Shown: positions 53,801-64,000, counted from the first letter of the stretch. The stretch: 64,000 bases of DNA from an uncultured SAR86 cluster bacterium (GCA_902570035.1 CACFWO010000003.1:114503-178502); one strand, 5' to 3'. Notes: a model not told the origin generated them from the sequence alone. Program-made: numbers and translations.

Positions 53801-54315
53801 CAGGTGTTATAACTACCAAAAGGACAATTCAAGGCAGGAGAGGTCCGGTAACGTTTGCAACATTAGATGACGGAACTGAAAAAATAGAGATCATTTTGGG
53901 TTCTGATGTAATTCAATCAATGCAGGTTGAATTAAATAACAAAGATATTTTTATTGTGGACGGTAAGGTTACTGTAGATAACACTCGAGAAGTTTTGTAC
54001 GGATTAGCAAAAAAAATTGAAGTTACTAATATCAATACTTTAGAAAACTTAAGAATCAGGATGGTAGAAAAATTAAGAATATCTTTGATTGAATCAAAAA
54101 AGTCTAACATTGAGAGCTTCAAAAGATTGCTCGACGACCTTGATACAGAATCTTCAATTGGTTGTCCTGTTGAGCTGAAATATACTTCAAAAAAATCTGA
54201 AGCAGAAATAGAATTCGATGAGGATAGGAGAATTTTATTGACTAACAATACCATGAAAGCTCTTTTAAATACTTATGGAAGAGATAATTTAGAACTTATG
54301 TATCATAGAAGATAA
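50878..54315 (+). CDS. dnaE: DNA polymerase III subunit alpha
   Basis: 1145 aa. PHP domain (HLNIHSQYS), palm/fingers (GPGRGSGAGSLVAY, PDFDIDF), GFNRSHSAAYA, OB domain. Confidence 0.98.
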   Translation: MNKFSHLNIHSQYSISDGLVRLDELSSKAKDLNFESIAITDDSNLFGFVKFYKEMRDKGIKPICGVNFNSVKDINDNSESGKLTLYAKNFEGYRNLTKLVSKSHIEGRIRSIPHLKLEWLKDLNDGLIVLSGDMEGHIADAILKNNFELAEARIDFFKKIFNEDFFIEISRLGREREEDYINIVSSMAAKAKIPLVATNQVRFMEEEEFEAHETRVCIQTGNVLSDPARKKNYLSTQYFKSTDEMFELFEDIPEALENSYLISQKCNLVIELGKYILPDFETPNGETEDDYLKKISIEGLHKIFGHEVKENYFLRLDFELSVIQKMGYSGYFLIVADFVNWAKENDVPVGPGRGSGAGSLVAYAIGITGLDPIKYDLLFERFLNPDRISNPDFDIDFCKDGREKVIEYVTNKYGQDSVAQISTLGTMAARAVVRDVARAQGKSYSLADRLAKLIPFHPDMTLKTALQNKELKQAIKNDEDAEEIIEMSQKLEGLSRNVGKHAAGVVMAPSKITDFSALYLDEETGAVSTQYDMKDIELVGLQKFDFLGLKTLTIMKNALELINQNRQTLKLEAINLDDLPLDDSKTYQLLQKGLTTAVFQLESRGIKEYIVKLKPNNFEDIITLIALYRPGPLEMNMVETYIERKHGREEFSYGDKSVEKILDKTHGVIVYQEQVMQLAQEFSGFTLGEADILRRAMGKKIASEMEEQKEPFITGAIAKGKNKRFAEGLFDQIEKFAGYGFNRSHSAAYAFISYQTAWLKAHYPAEFMSAVLSSEMDDTDKIQMLLDDCKLLGLKVLPPDINSSFYEFRNIDNETLMYGLGAIKGVGKSAIESIIDNRTLKGNFKTLSDFSGRIDTEKVGKRALEPLVASGSMDSFQSSREEMFVNIESALKFARQVSEEKKSGIDDLFGDVELPNVIPITKAKIIEFDKSLGELNSLGFYFSCHPMDEYKWEVEQICPNRISSLNEDKNIQRCAGVITTKRTIQGRRGPVTFATLDDGTEKIEIILGSDVIQSMQVELNNKDIFIVDGKVTVDNTREVLYGLAKKIEVTNINTLENLRIRMVEKLRISLIESKKSNIESFKRLLDDLDTESSIGCPVELKYTSKKSEAEIEFDEDRRILLTNNTMKALLNTYGRDNLELMYHRR

Positions 54316-55265
54316 TGTCTTACTCTTTTTTAGATTTTGAAAAACCAATCAGCCTTTTAGAAAAAAAGATTGAAGATCTGCGCTCGAGCCAAGACCAGCC
54401 AGATGTAATTCAAAGCCAAGTTGACTCTCTTAATAAAGAAATTATTAAAATAACCAAGGAGCTATATTCAAATCTTTCCATATGGCAAAAAGTTCAAGTC
54501 GCGAGACATCCCCACAGGCCGCATTTTAGTGATTACATAGAAAAAATATTTCATAATTTTGATGAACATCATGGTGATAGAAATTTTGGTGATGATAGGG
54601 CAATAATTGGAGGAACCGCTACTTTCAAAGGAAAACCTGTGATGCTTATCGGTCATGAAAAAGGCAAGGACACAAAAGATAAGATAGAAAGAAATTTTGG
54701 TATGTCGCAACCAGAAGGTTATCGAAAAGCAGCCAGGTTAATGAAGCTTGCAGAAGATTTTTCTATGCCGGTCATAACATTTATCGATACTCCTGGAGCA
54801 TATCCTGGCATAGAAAGTGAAGAAAGAGGCAATTCACAAGCCATAGCCTACAACTTAAGTATTATGTCCAAACTTAAAACACCAATTATTGTAATTATTA
54901 CCGGAGAGGGCGGTTCTGGCGGAGCTTTGGCAATTGGAGTGGGAGATAATATTTCAATGTTAGAGTACTCTATCTATTCTGTGGCGTCTCCAGAGGCTTG
55001 TGCGTCGATTGTTTGGAGAGATTCTTCAAAAGCAGAGGATGCCGCAAAAGCAATGAAATTAGACGCTTCCAATCTTCTTGAGTTAAGTTTGATAGATAAA
55101 ATCATCGATGAGCCTTTAGGCGGTGCTCATAGAGATATTCAAAAAATGAGTTCCGTGCTTTCAGACCATATTTCTGAGCAGCTTGAAAAATGTTCGTCCC
55201 TTAATATTTCGGATCTTCTTAATGAAAGACACAAGAAAATTATGAGCTACGGAGCCATCGAGTAA
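54315..55265 (+). CDS. accA: acetyl-CoA carboxylase carboxyltransferase subunit alpha
   Basis: 316 aa. RHPHRPHFSDY, FIDTPGAYPG, GEGGSGGALA. Confidence 0.96.
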   Translation: MSYSFLDFEKPISLLEKKIEDLRSSQDQPDVIQSQVDSLNKEIIKITKELYSNLSIWQKVQVARHPHRPHFSDYIEKIFHNFDEHHGDRNFGDDRAIIGGTATFKGKPVMLIGHEKGKDTKDKIERNFGMSQPEGYRKAARLMKLAEDFSMPVITFIDTPGAYPGIESEERGNSQAIAYNLSIMSKLKTPIIVIITGEGGSGGALAIGVGDNISMLEYSIYSVASPEACASIVWRDSSKAEDAAKAMKLDASNLLELSLIDKIIDEPLGGAHRDIQKMSSVLSDHISEQLEKCSSLNISDLLNERHKKIMSYGAIE

Positions 55266-57895
<2,630 letters not shown>

Positions 57896-57943
57896 TTAAA
57901 TAACCAATTTATAAATTATTATACTATTCATAACGAATGATAA

Positions 57944-58213
57944 ATGAATAAAGAGATTTTAAACAAAATGGGCATCTCAACTTATGAATTGATTGAGGAT
58001 TTTATATTTGTAGATAACAAAGTAAAGGCAGTCGATAAAAGTGATGAAAGCGAAGGCAATGATCAGTTTTTAAAGTCATTGGATTATTACCTAAATAATT
58101 TCACTAAAGATAACAAAAGTGCATTAGATTTTCTAAATTCTAAATCATTGAAGTTATCTGAATTATTGGAAAATTCTCAAAAGAGGAAACAAGCTTGGAA
58201 AAATGAAAATTAA
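57944..58213 (+). CDS. small hypothetical protein; candidate minimal DNA polymerase III psi subunit (HolD-like)
   Basis: 89 aa. Its 3' end overlaps the rimI start by 11 nt, matching holD-rimI synteny in gammaproteobacteria. N-terminus EILNKMGISTYELI resembles E. coli psi QLQQLGITQWSL. The functional call is inference. Confidence 0.45.
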   Translation: MNKEILNKMGISTYELIEDFIFVDNKVKAVDKSDESEGNDQFLKSLDYYLNNFTKDNKSALDFLNSKSLKLSELLENSQKRKQAWKNEN

Positions 58214-58718
58214 TTTCAGACCTATGAATAAAAATGATATCTACTATGTTCACGGCATAGAGTCGCTGACCAATGAAACTCCTTGGTCTGAAAATAATTT
58301 TTATGATGCCCTGAGGTTTAGTAAAGCTGATGTGGTTACTATTGACGGTAAAGTTAATGGATATGTCATCTATCAGTATGTGATGGATGAAATCCACCTT
58401 TTAAATATATCTGTTGCTCCACAATTTATTGGAAAATCAATTGGTTATCAGTTATTAAAAAGGGTTGTAGATCAATCAAAATATACTTTTAAAAAAAGAA
58501 TTTTTTTAGAGGTTAGAGAATCAAACCAAAGAGCTATTAAGTTTTATCGTCGAAATGGTTTTCAGGAAGCAGGAGTAAGAAAGAATTATTACAAACTAAA
58601 TTTTGGCAGAGAGGATGGATTAATTATGCAAAAAAATCTAAGCAAGCCTGTAATTATTCTTCTACTCGATAATGTCTTTAAGTTCTTCTTCAATCTCGCT
58701 AGGTTCCGTTTGAGGTGA
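58203..58718 (+). CDS. rimI: ribosomal-protein-S18-alanine N-acetyltransferase
   Basis: 171 aa. Aligns by eye to E. coli RimI (IE..PWSE..F; DE..L.NI.V.P; LEVRESN..AI.FY...GF; RKNYY...GREDG.IM). Has about 25 extra C-terminal residues. Confidence 0.88.
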   Translation: MKINFRPMNKNDIYYVHGIESLTNETPWSENNFYDALRFSKADVVTIDGKVNGYVIYQYVMDEIHLLNISVAPQFIGKSIGYQLLKRVVDQSKYTFKKRIFLEVRESNQRAIKFYRRNGFQEAGVRKNYYKLNFGREDGLIMQKNLSKPVIILLLDNVFKFFFNLARFRLR

Positions 58719-59141
58719 ATACCTTTTTATAACGTTCCCATCTCTATCAACTAAAAACTTTGTAAAGTTCCACTTAATGGCTTCGGTTAAAATTCCAGTT
58801 TTCTCCGATTTTAAATATTCATAAAGCGGATGAGTATTTGACCCATTTACTTCAACTTTTTTCATAACAGGAAAATTAACATCGTACTTCGTTTTACAAA
58901 AAGTTTGAATTTCCTCATCGGTACCTGGTTCTTGACCCATGAATTGGTTGCAAGGGAAACCAATAACTTGCAAATCTTTCTCATATGAATCCTGAATTTT
59001 TTTAAGGCCTTCGTACTGCGGTGTAAGACCACATTTACTGGCTACATTAACTATCAAAATATACTTTCCTTTGTATTCTTCTAAGTTTTTTTCTGCTTCT
59101 TTTGAATCCTGAAAATTTATTGAATAGATGTTTGGTTCCAC
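58662..59141 (-). CDS. glutathione peroxidase (Cys-type, BtuE-like)
   Basis: 159 aa. NVASKCGLT (peroxidatic Cys), FPCNQF, WNFTKFLV. Confidence 0.92.
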   Translation of the reverse strand: MEPNIYSINFQDSKEAEKNLEEYKGKYILIVNVASKCGLTPQYEGLKKIQDSYEKDLQVIGFPCNQFMGQEPGTDEEIQTFCKTKYDVNFPVMKKVEVNGSNTHPLYEYLKSEKTGILTEAIKWNFTKFLVDRDGNVIKRYSPQTEPSEIEEELKDIIE

Positions 59142-59187
59142 TTTTTCCCCCTATATACTAAGCAAATGTTTTTGGAGGGTAATTATT

Positions 59188-60225
59188 ATGGAATATAGAA
59201 AATTAGGCAATACAGATATCGATGTGAGTGTTATTTGCTTAGGAACCATGACTTGGGGACAGCAAAATACTGAAGAAGAAGGTTTTGAGCAAATGGATTA
59301 CGCCGTTGATCAAGGAGTAAACTTTTTTGATACTGCTGAGTTATATTCTATTCCACCAATGGAAGATACTCAGGGGAGCACTGAGACAATAATTGGCAAT
59401 TGGTTTGAAAAAAGAGGTAACAGAGAAAAAATTATCCTTGCGACTAAAGTTGCTGGAAGAAGCGGCATGAAATGGTTTCGAGGTGGTGAAACAAGACTTG
59501 ATAGCGATAATATTACAAAGGCTATTGAAGGAAGCCTTAAAAGGCTCAAAACTGACTACGTTGATCTTTATCAACTTCACTGGCCAGATAGACCGATAAA
59601 TTTATTTGGTGGAGGCCTCTCTTATAAGCATTACGATTTAGAAACAATAGCCATAGAGGAGACTTTAAAAGTTTTGGGTGATTTAGTGAAAGAAGGAAAA
59701 ATTAGGTACGTTGGCCTTTCCAATGAAACCCCATGGGGCCTGTCCGAATTTATTAAGGCTGCAGAAATGCATGACTTACCTAAAGTTGTGAGCGTTCAAA
59801 ATGCCTATAACTTGTTAAACAGAATTTATGAAAGTGGGATGTCCGAATTCCATCACAGATCTCAAGTTGGTTTGTTGGCTTACTCACCTCTTGCACAGGG
59901 ATATCTAACCGGGAAATACCTTGACGGTGCTAGGCCAGCTGGAGCAAGGACTACGTTATTTGAACGAGGCCAAAGATACGAAACGGAACAGGCAGAGGAA
60001 ATAATAAGGAAGTACGTAAATCTCGCCAATGAATATTCAATGGATCCTGCTTTGATGGCTAATTCATTTGTTAATGATCAAGATTTTGTCACCTCAAATA
60101 TTATTGGCGCCACAACTATGGAGCAGCTAAAGATTGCTGTTGGCAGTATTGATACAAAGCTTGATGAAGAATGTCTGAAGAAAATTGAAGAAATTCATTA
60201 CGGGTGTCCAAATCCTTGTCCATGA
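59188..60225 (+). CDS. tas: NADP(H)-dependent aldo/keto reductase, Tas-like
   Basis: Homolog-like start MEYRKLGNTDIDVSVICLGTMTWG at 59188 (the track start 59128 overlaps gpx). Colinear with E. coli Tas (DTAELY, DLYQLHWPDR, GKIRYVGLSNET, GATTMEQLK). Confidence 0.88.
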   Translation: MEYRKLGNTDIDVSVICLGTMTWGQQNTEEEGFEQMDYAVDQGVNFFDTAELYSIPPMEDTQGSTETIIGNWFEKRGNREKIILATKVAGRSGMKWFRGGETRLDSDNITKAIEGSLKRLKTDYVDLYQLHWPDRPINLFGGGLSYKHYDLETIAIEETLKVLGDLVKEGKIRYVGLSNETPWGLSEFIKAAEMHDLPKVVSVQNAYNLLNRIYESGMSEFHHRSQVGLLAYSPLAQGYLTGKYLDGARPAGARTTLFERGQRYETEQAEEIIRKYVNLANEYSMDPALMANSFVNDQDFVTSNIIGATTMEQLKIAVGSIDTKLDEECLKKIEEIHYGCPNPCP

Positions 60226-60674
60226 ATGACATTACCTGGGTAGAAAGAACATTCGAAGACTTAAGCGTTCATCAACTTTATGACGTAATGAATCTTCGCC
60301 AAGAAGTATTTTTAATAGAGCAAAATACTTCATATCTAGATGCGGATAATGTTGATCAAGACTCGTTTCACTTGCTTGCCTACATAGGATCAAACCTTAA
60401 GGGCTACAGTCGTCTAATTCCACCAGGAATAAAGTATCAAGACGCTTCTATAGGAAGAGTGGTTTTACACAAAAAATTTCGCGGAAGCGGGTTAAGTAAA
60501 ATTTTGATGGATAAATCTATCCATAAATGCAAAGTTCTTTATCCCGACACAGATATTAGAATTTCAGCACAATATCCCTTGGTAGATTTTTATCAAGGTT
60601 ACGGCTTCAAAACAGTCGGAAAAATTTATGATGAGGATGGGATTCCTCATATAGAAATGGTCCTAGAAAAATAA
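60222..60674 (+). CDS. elaA: GNAT family N-acetyltransferase, ElaA-like
   Basis: Colinear with E. coli ElaA (LSVHQLYDVMNLRQEVFLIEQN..Y.D.D; IGRVV...FRG.G; FYQGYGF; YDEDGIPHIEM). ATG 60222 overlaps the tas stop (ATGA). Confidence 0.85.
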   Translation: MNDITWVERTFEDLSVHQLYDVMNLRQEVFLIEQNTSYLDADNVDQDSFHLLAYIGSNLKGYSRLIPPGIKYQDASIGRVVLHKKFRGSGLSKILMDKSIHKCKVLYPDTDIRISAQYPLVDFYQGYGFKTVGKIYDEDGIPHIEMVLEK

Positions 60675-61421
60675 TTGAATATTTCTTATCTCAATTTTGG
60701 ATTCTTTCTTTCATTTATTCTGGGAATAGTTTTCTTAACTTATGATTTTTTTGAAGATATTTCTCTTCCATCCTCAAACTGGGCAATAAAAGTGGGGGAC
60801 AAATCCGTTTCCATGGATAGTTATTTAACTCTGATTAGCCAACTTGATTTCAATAATGACGGGCAAATAGATGCCAAACTTAAAGAGTCAGTGATTGATC
60901 AACTCGTCATTGAGCAATTACTGATTATGAGGGCAATCGATGAAGATATTATCCAAAGCGATCCTTTATTGAAAAATAATCTCATCGATTACATGACAAA
61001 CATCATTTCTAACCAGACCATCTTGAATATTGAGTATGAAGACGTAGAAGAATATTACAGAAATAATCTAGAAAAATTTTCTCAAAATAATTTGTATTTA
61101 ATGAAATCTGATAGTGAATTCATTAACTTGCCCAATGATTATCTTACAAAGCAGAAGCTAAGAGATTATTTGGGAGCGGATGCAATTATCAATATAGATA
61201 TTCTTGAGATCGGCAGTGAAATTAAATTTATCCAAGATGATCAACCGTTTAGTGTTTTTCTTCTAGATAAGATAGAAGGGGAGCCCACTTCATTGAACTC
61301 AATATTTGACATAGTAAATCAAGAGGCAATAAGTAGCGAAAGAGAGAGGTCTTTTAGAGAATACATAAATGAACTTAAAAAAAGTTATCCAGTTGAAATA
61401 AACCCTATCCTATTTAAGTAA
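60675..61421 (+). CDS. membrane-anchored SurA_N/PpiD-like protein with degenerate PPIase-like C-terminus
   Basis: 248 aa. TTG start directly after the elaA stop. N-terminal TM anchor (FGFFLSFILGIVFLTY). SurA_N-like stretch IKVGDKSVSMDSY...LKESVIDQLVIEQLLIMRAIDEDI...VEEYYRNNLEKF. Start codon and function are uncertain. Confidence 0.55.
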   Translation: MNISYLNFGFFLSFILGIVFLTYDFFEDISLPSSNWAIKVGDKSVSMDSYLTLISQLDFNNDGQIDAKLKESVIDQLVIEQLLIMRAIDEDIIQSDPLLKNNLIDYMTNIISNQTILNIEYEDVEEYYRNNLEKFSQNNLYLMKSDSEFINLPNDYLTKQKLRDYLGADAIINIDILEIGSEIKFIQDDQPFSVFLLDKIEGEPTSLNSIFDIVNQEAISSERERSFREYINELKKSYPVEINPILFK

Positions 61422-62524
61422 TGAGACTTCTGTCTTTGTATCTTTTACTGACAGCCTCTTTCTTGAGCTCACATGAGCTTCAAAAATTTAACCTTTCCTT
61501 AGACTTTCTTGAAAAAGATGAATCCAAGGAAGTTGAGATGGATATTAAAGTACCTCGAAACTTTTACAGACCATCTTTGGAAGAGAACCTTAACAATGGA
61601 TTAAATTTTGATGCCTGTAACGAAAAAGATTTTGATCTAGTTAATTCAACAGCGAGATACTTAACTTTCAAGAAAATAATTACTTGTAACAATTTTCCTA
61701 GATCACTTGAGGCTAGAAACTTCTTTATTTTGTATCCAGATCAAACTATTTTGGTGAATATTAAAAAAGAGACTAGCCTTCAAAATCAAATATTTTTAAA
61801 TAATTCTAAAAGTAAAATTGATTTCAAAAAAAACGATCAGAATTTTAGTTTTTTTTCTTTAGGATTAAATCACTTTATAGGAGGCTACGATCATATTGCG
61901 TTTGTATCTCTCTTAGCCTTACTGATAATTAGAATAAAACAATTAATTTATCTGCTCTCTGGCTTCACCTTAGGCCACGCTATCAGCATTACGTTCTCAT
62001 CCTTAGGCTTTATTTCTGTAAAAATTTCAATAATTGAAATTCTTATCGGTTACTCAATATTTTTATTGGCTCTGGAGTACTTAACACTTAGACAAGTTAA
62101 TAAAAATAGAATTATGAAGATAAATTCCATTTTTTGGATATCACTGGTCTGCGTTTCACTTGTCTTCTTCCCAGAAATAACTGTTTTATCCGTAGGTATG
62201 GCTTTGATTGGAATTTCTTATCCTTATTTAATAACAAGAAATTCACATATTAGAATTGTTGCGACGGTATTTTTTGGACTTTTACATGGTTTTGGTTTTG
62301 CTTCAAACATATCTAGTTTTGATTCTCAATCACTAGTCTCATCTATTATTCTTTTCAATCTGGGAATAGAAGCAGCTCAAATTTTATATGCTTTTCTTCT
62401 TCTTTCGACCCTTAACCTTATTGTAAAAACAAGGTTTATAAGCAGACTATTTTTAAAAGATTTTATCTCTTTGATTGTTTTTTTCTTCTCTACCTTATGG
62501 TTTATAGGAAGGTTGCTGTTCTAG
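61421..62524 (+). CDS. HupE/UreJ_2-family membrane protein with N-terminal extracytoplasmic domain
   Basis: 367 aa. Signal peptide, then a soluble region of about 130 aa with two Cys, then a polytopic C-terminus with family-like motifs GLNHFIGGYDHIAFVSLLAL, GLLHGFGFA, FNLGIEAAQ. TAATG overlap with the upstream gene. Confidence 0.7.
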   Translation: MRLLSLYLLLTASFLSSHELQKFNLSLDFLEKDESKEVEMDIKVPRNFYRPSLEENLNNGLNFDACNEKDFDLVNSTARYLTFKKIITCNNFPRSLEARNFFILYPDQTILVNIKKETSLQNQIFLNNSKSKIDFKKNDQNFSFFSLGLNHFIGGYDHIAFVSLLALLIIRIKQLIYLLSGFTLGHAISITFSSLGFISVKISIIEILIGYSIFLLALEYLTLRQVNKNRIMKINSIFWISLVCVSLVFFPEITVLSVGMALIGISYPYLITRNSHIRIVATVFFGLLHGFGFASNISSFDSQSLVSSIILFNLGIEAAQILYAFLLLSTLNLIVKTRFISRLFLKDFISLIVFFFSTLWFIGRLLF

Positions 62525-62898
62525 ATAATTTTGACTTGTTCTGCCTGGGGTCCTCTTGCACCATTGGTAACGGTAAAGCTTACTCTGGTACTTTCTTTTA
62601 ATAATTTTCTATCACTTTCATTTACCGAAGCAAAATGAACAAAAAGATCACCACCTTTATCTCTCTCAACAAAACCGTAACCTTTGCTAGGATCAAACCA
62701 TTTGATTGCTCCTTTTTCTCTTTTCAACCTTCTAGTAATTTGTCTTCCATAGACTATCGCCATACTGGAGATTAAAGTTGATATCAACAGAACCAAAAAC
62801 ATAGGTCCAAATGACAAAAAAAATTGGGGGAAGTTAAAAACTAGAAAAGTAGCTAAGAGAGAAATGATTGCTGAAGTAGTGAGTCCGCGTAACCACAT
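62521..62898 (-). CDS. cold-shock-domain protein with putative N-terminal two-helix membrane anchor
   Basis: 125 aa. C-terminal CSD with RNP1 KGYGFV and RNP2 LFVHF. The N-terminal 50 aa are hydrophobic and followed by RQITRRLKREK. An alternative internal start (Met46, nt 62763) would give a soluble CSP of about 80 aa. Confidence 0.75.
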   Translation of the reverse strand: MWLRGLTTSAIISLLATFLVFNFPQFFLSFGPMFLVLLISTLISSMAIVYGRQITRRLKREKGAIKWFDPSKGYGFVERDKGGDLFVHFASVNESDRKLLKESTRVSFTVTNGARGPQAEQVKII

Positions 62899-62915
62899 CC
62901 AATTATATTAAAGGA

Positions 62916-64000
62916 TTAGTTAAGTTTATTTAAGTTCTTTAAATGTAATTGAATAGACTTAGATTCTTTAAGTGCCTGCCTATATTGACGTTTTCTCTCA
63001 TTTACAAGGCTTTTAGGAGCGCTTGAAATAAACTTTTTGTTGCTTAAAGTATTTTCAATATTGGCCAAATTTTTGGTTATCTTCTGTAATTTTTGCTCAT
63101 TTCTTAATTTTTCTGATATTGGATCTACGTTTCCCTCAAAAGGTATATGAAATTTGAGATCGTGTGAAACAACTATGGCGCAAGGTTTATCTATCTCTAA
63201 TACTTTAAAATCTTTTATTCCGGCAAGTTTTTTTAAATGATCTGAGTTTTCGAGAATAAAATTCAGCGAAGTTTTATTGCCCGATATAAACACCTCTTCA
63301 AGCTTTAAAGATGCAATACCCATCTCAGCTTTCATGTTTCTTATTGACGATATTGAGTTTTTCAAATTTTCTATTTCTTTGTATTTTGATCCTGAAATTC
63401 TTACTTTTTTTGGAAACGATTGATTTAACAAGAATGATTGTTTTTTTCCGGAAGCAATCTGATTCCAGATTTCTTCTGTAATAAAAGGCATAAAAGGATG
63501 ACAAAGTTTTAAAATTGACTCAAGAATATTCAGCAAACCAGATATGATTCTATCTACTTCGCTTTTCTTAATGTTATCTGAATCAAGTCGATTTTTTGAA
63601 AACTCGATGTACCAATCACAAAAATCATTCCATACGAATTCGTAGACACTTTGAGTGGCTAAATCAAATCTATAATTATCCATATGCGTATTCATAGAAA
63701 CTATCGTGCGATTTAATTTCTCCACGATCCATTTATCTTCGGGAGTTTTTATAAATTGATTAGTCTTTTTGAAACTAGCTGGCCTATTTAATTCAATGAA
63801 TCTAGAGGCATTCCATAGTTTGTTACAAAAATTTCTATAACCTTCTACGCGCTTCATATCAAAATTAATATCTCTACTTCCAGAGGCAAGAGACAAAAAA
63901 GTAAATCTCAAAGCATCAGTACCGTGAGCTTTTATTCCTTGAGGATAATCTTTCTTTGTCTGTTTGATTATCTTTTGCTCGTCGTCTGGATTTAACAGAC
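62916..64000 (-). CDS. valS: valyl-tRNA synthetase (3' part; 5' end beyond window)
   Basis: The frame stays open to the window edge. My translation upstream of the track start reads ...AHGTDALRFTFLSLASGSRDINFD. Includes the anticodon-binding domain and C-terminal coiled coil. Confidence 0.95.
   Translation of the reverse strand, partial: LLNPDDEQKIIKQTKKDYPQGIKAHGTDALRFTFLSLASGSRDINFDMKRVEGYRNFCNKLWNASRFIELNRPASFKKTNQFIKTPEDKWIVEKLNRTIVSMNTHMDNYRFDLATQSVYEFVWNDFCDWYIEFSKNRLDSDNIKKSEVDRIISGLLNILESILKLCHPFMPFITEEIWNQIASGKKQSFLLNQSFPKKVRISGSKYKEIENLKNSISSIRNMKAEMGIASLKLEEVFISGNKTSLNFILENSDHLKKLAGIKDFKVLEIDKPCAIVVSHDLKFHIPFEGNVDPISEKLRNEQKLQKITKNLANIENTLSNKKFISSAPKSLVNERKRQYRQALKESKSIQLHLKNLNKLN

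Noticed and set aside
57944-58718. Small ORF + overlapping GNAT gene resembles a type II GNAT toxin-antitoxin pair (antitoxin of about 90 aa upstream of toxin of about 170 aa).
   Set aside because: The GNAT aligns motif-for-motif with RimI (PWSE, LEVRESN, RKNYY..GREDG.IM), not with tRNA-acetylating toxins. holD-rimI synteny explains the architecture better. The upstream protein shows no obvious RHH/DUF1778-like features by eye.

Overview
AT-rich, very compact gammaproteobacterial core-genome window. Gene order matches the Pseudomonas-type arrangement, but organism identity cannot be established without a database search. Nearly every base is accounted for by 80 protein genes and one tmRNA. 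Order: rpoC (3' part) | str operon rpsL-rpsG-fusA (no tufA) | S10-spc-alpha ribosomal operons incl. secY, rpmJ, rpoA, rplQ | uvrA(-)/ssb | fabB-fabA(-) | rplU-rpmA-obg-proB | rpsT(-) | lipoprotein-type prolyl oligopeptidase | small lipoprotein(-), ssrA tmRNA(-), smpB(-) | NSS transporter | bamE(-) | fur-grpE-dnaK-dnaJ-dapB | rpsB-tsf-pyrH-frr-uppS-cdsA-dxr-rseP-bamA-skp-lpxD-fabZ-lpxA-lpxB-rnhB-dnaE-accA-tilS | leuA(-) | small psi-like ORF-rimI | gpx(-) | tas-like AKR, elaA-like GNAT, SurA_N-like protein, HupE/UreJ_2 membrane protein | putative membrane-anchored cold-shock-domain protein(-), valS(-, 5' part outside window). I saw no rRNA, tRNA, CRISPR, transposase/integrase, prophage or recognisable defence/toxin genes and no accessory island, so I cannot claim a new multi-gene system here. 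The most noteworthy points are: (1) all eight convergent gene junctions overlap at their 3' ends, leaving no room for terminators; (2) a possible 2-TM + cold-shock-domain fusion; (3) an 89-aa candidate minimal DNA pol III psi subunit upstream of rimI; (4) a translationally coupled SurA_N-like/HupE_UreJ_2 pair; (5) an uneven pattern of ribosomal-protein regulatory leaders. S10 and rpsB leaders are retained, the str intercistronic and alpha leaders are compressed to 9 and 5 nt, and a consensus promoter sits 11 nt from the rpsL ATG. Several ORF-track starts were trimmed to homolog-consistent starts.
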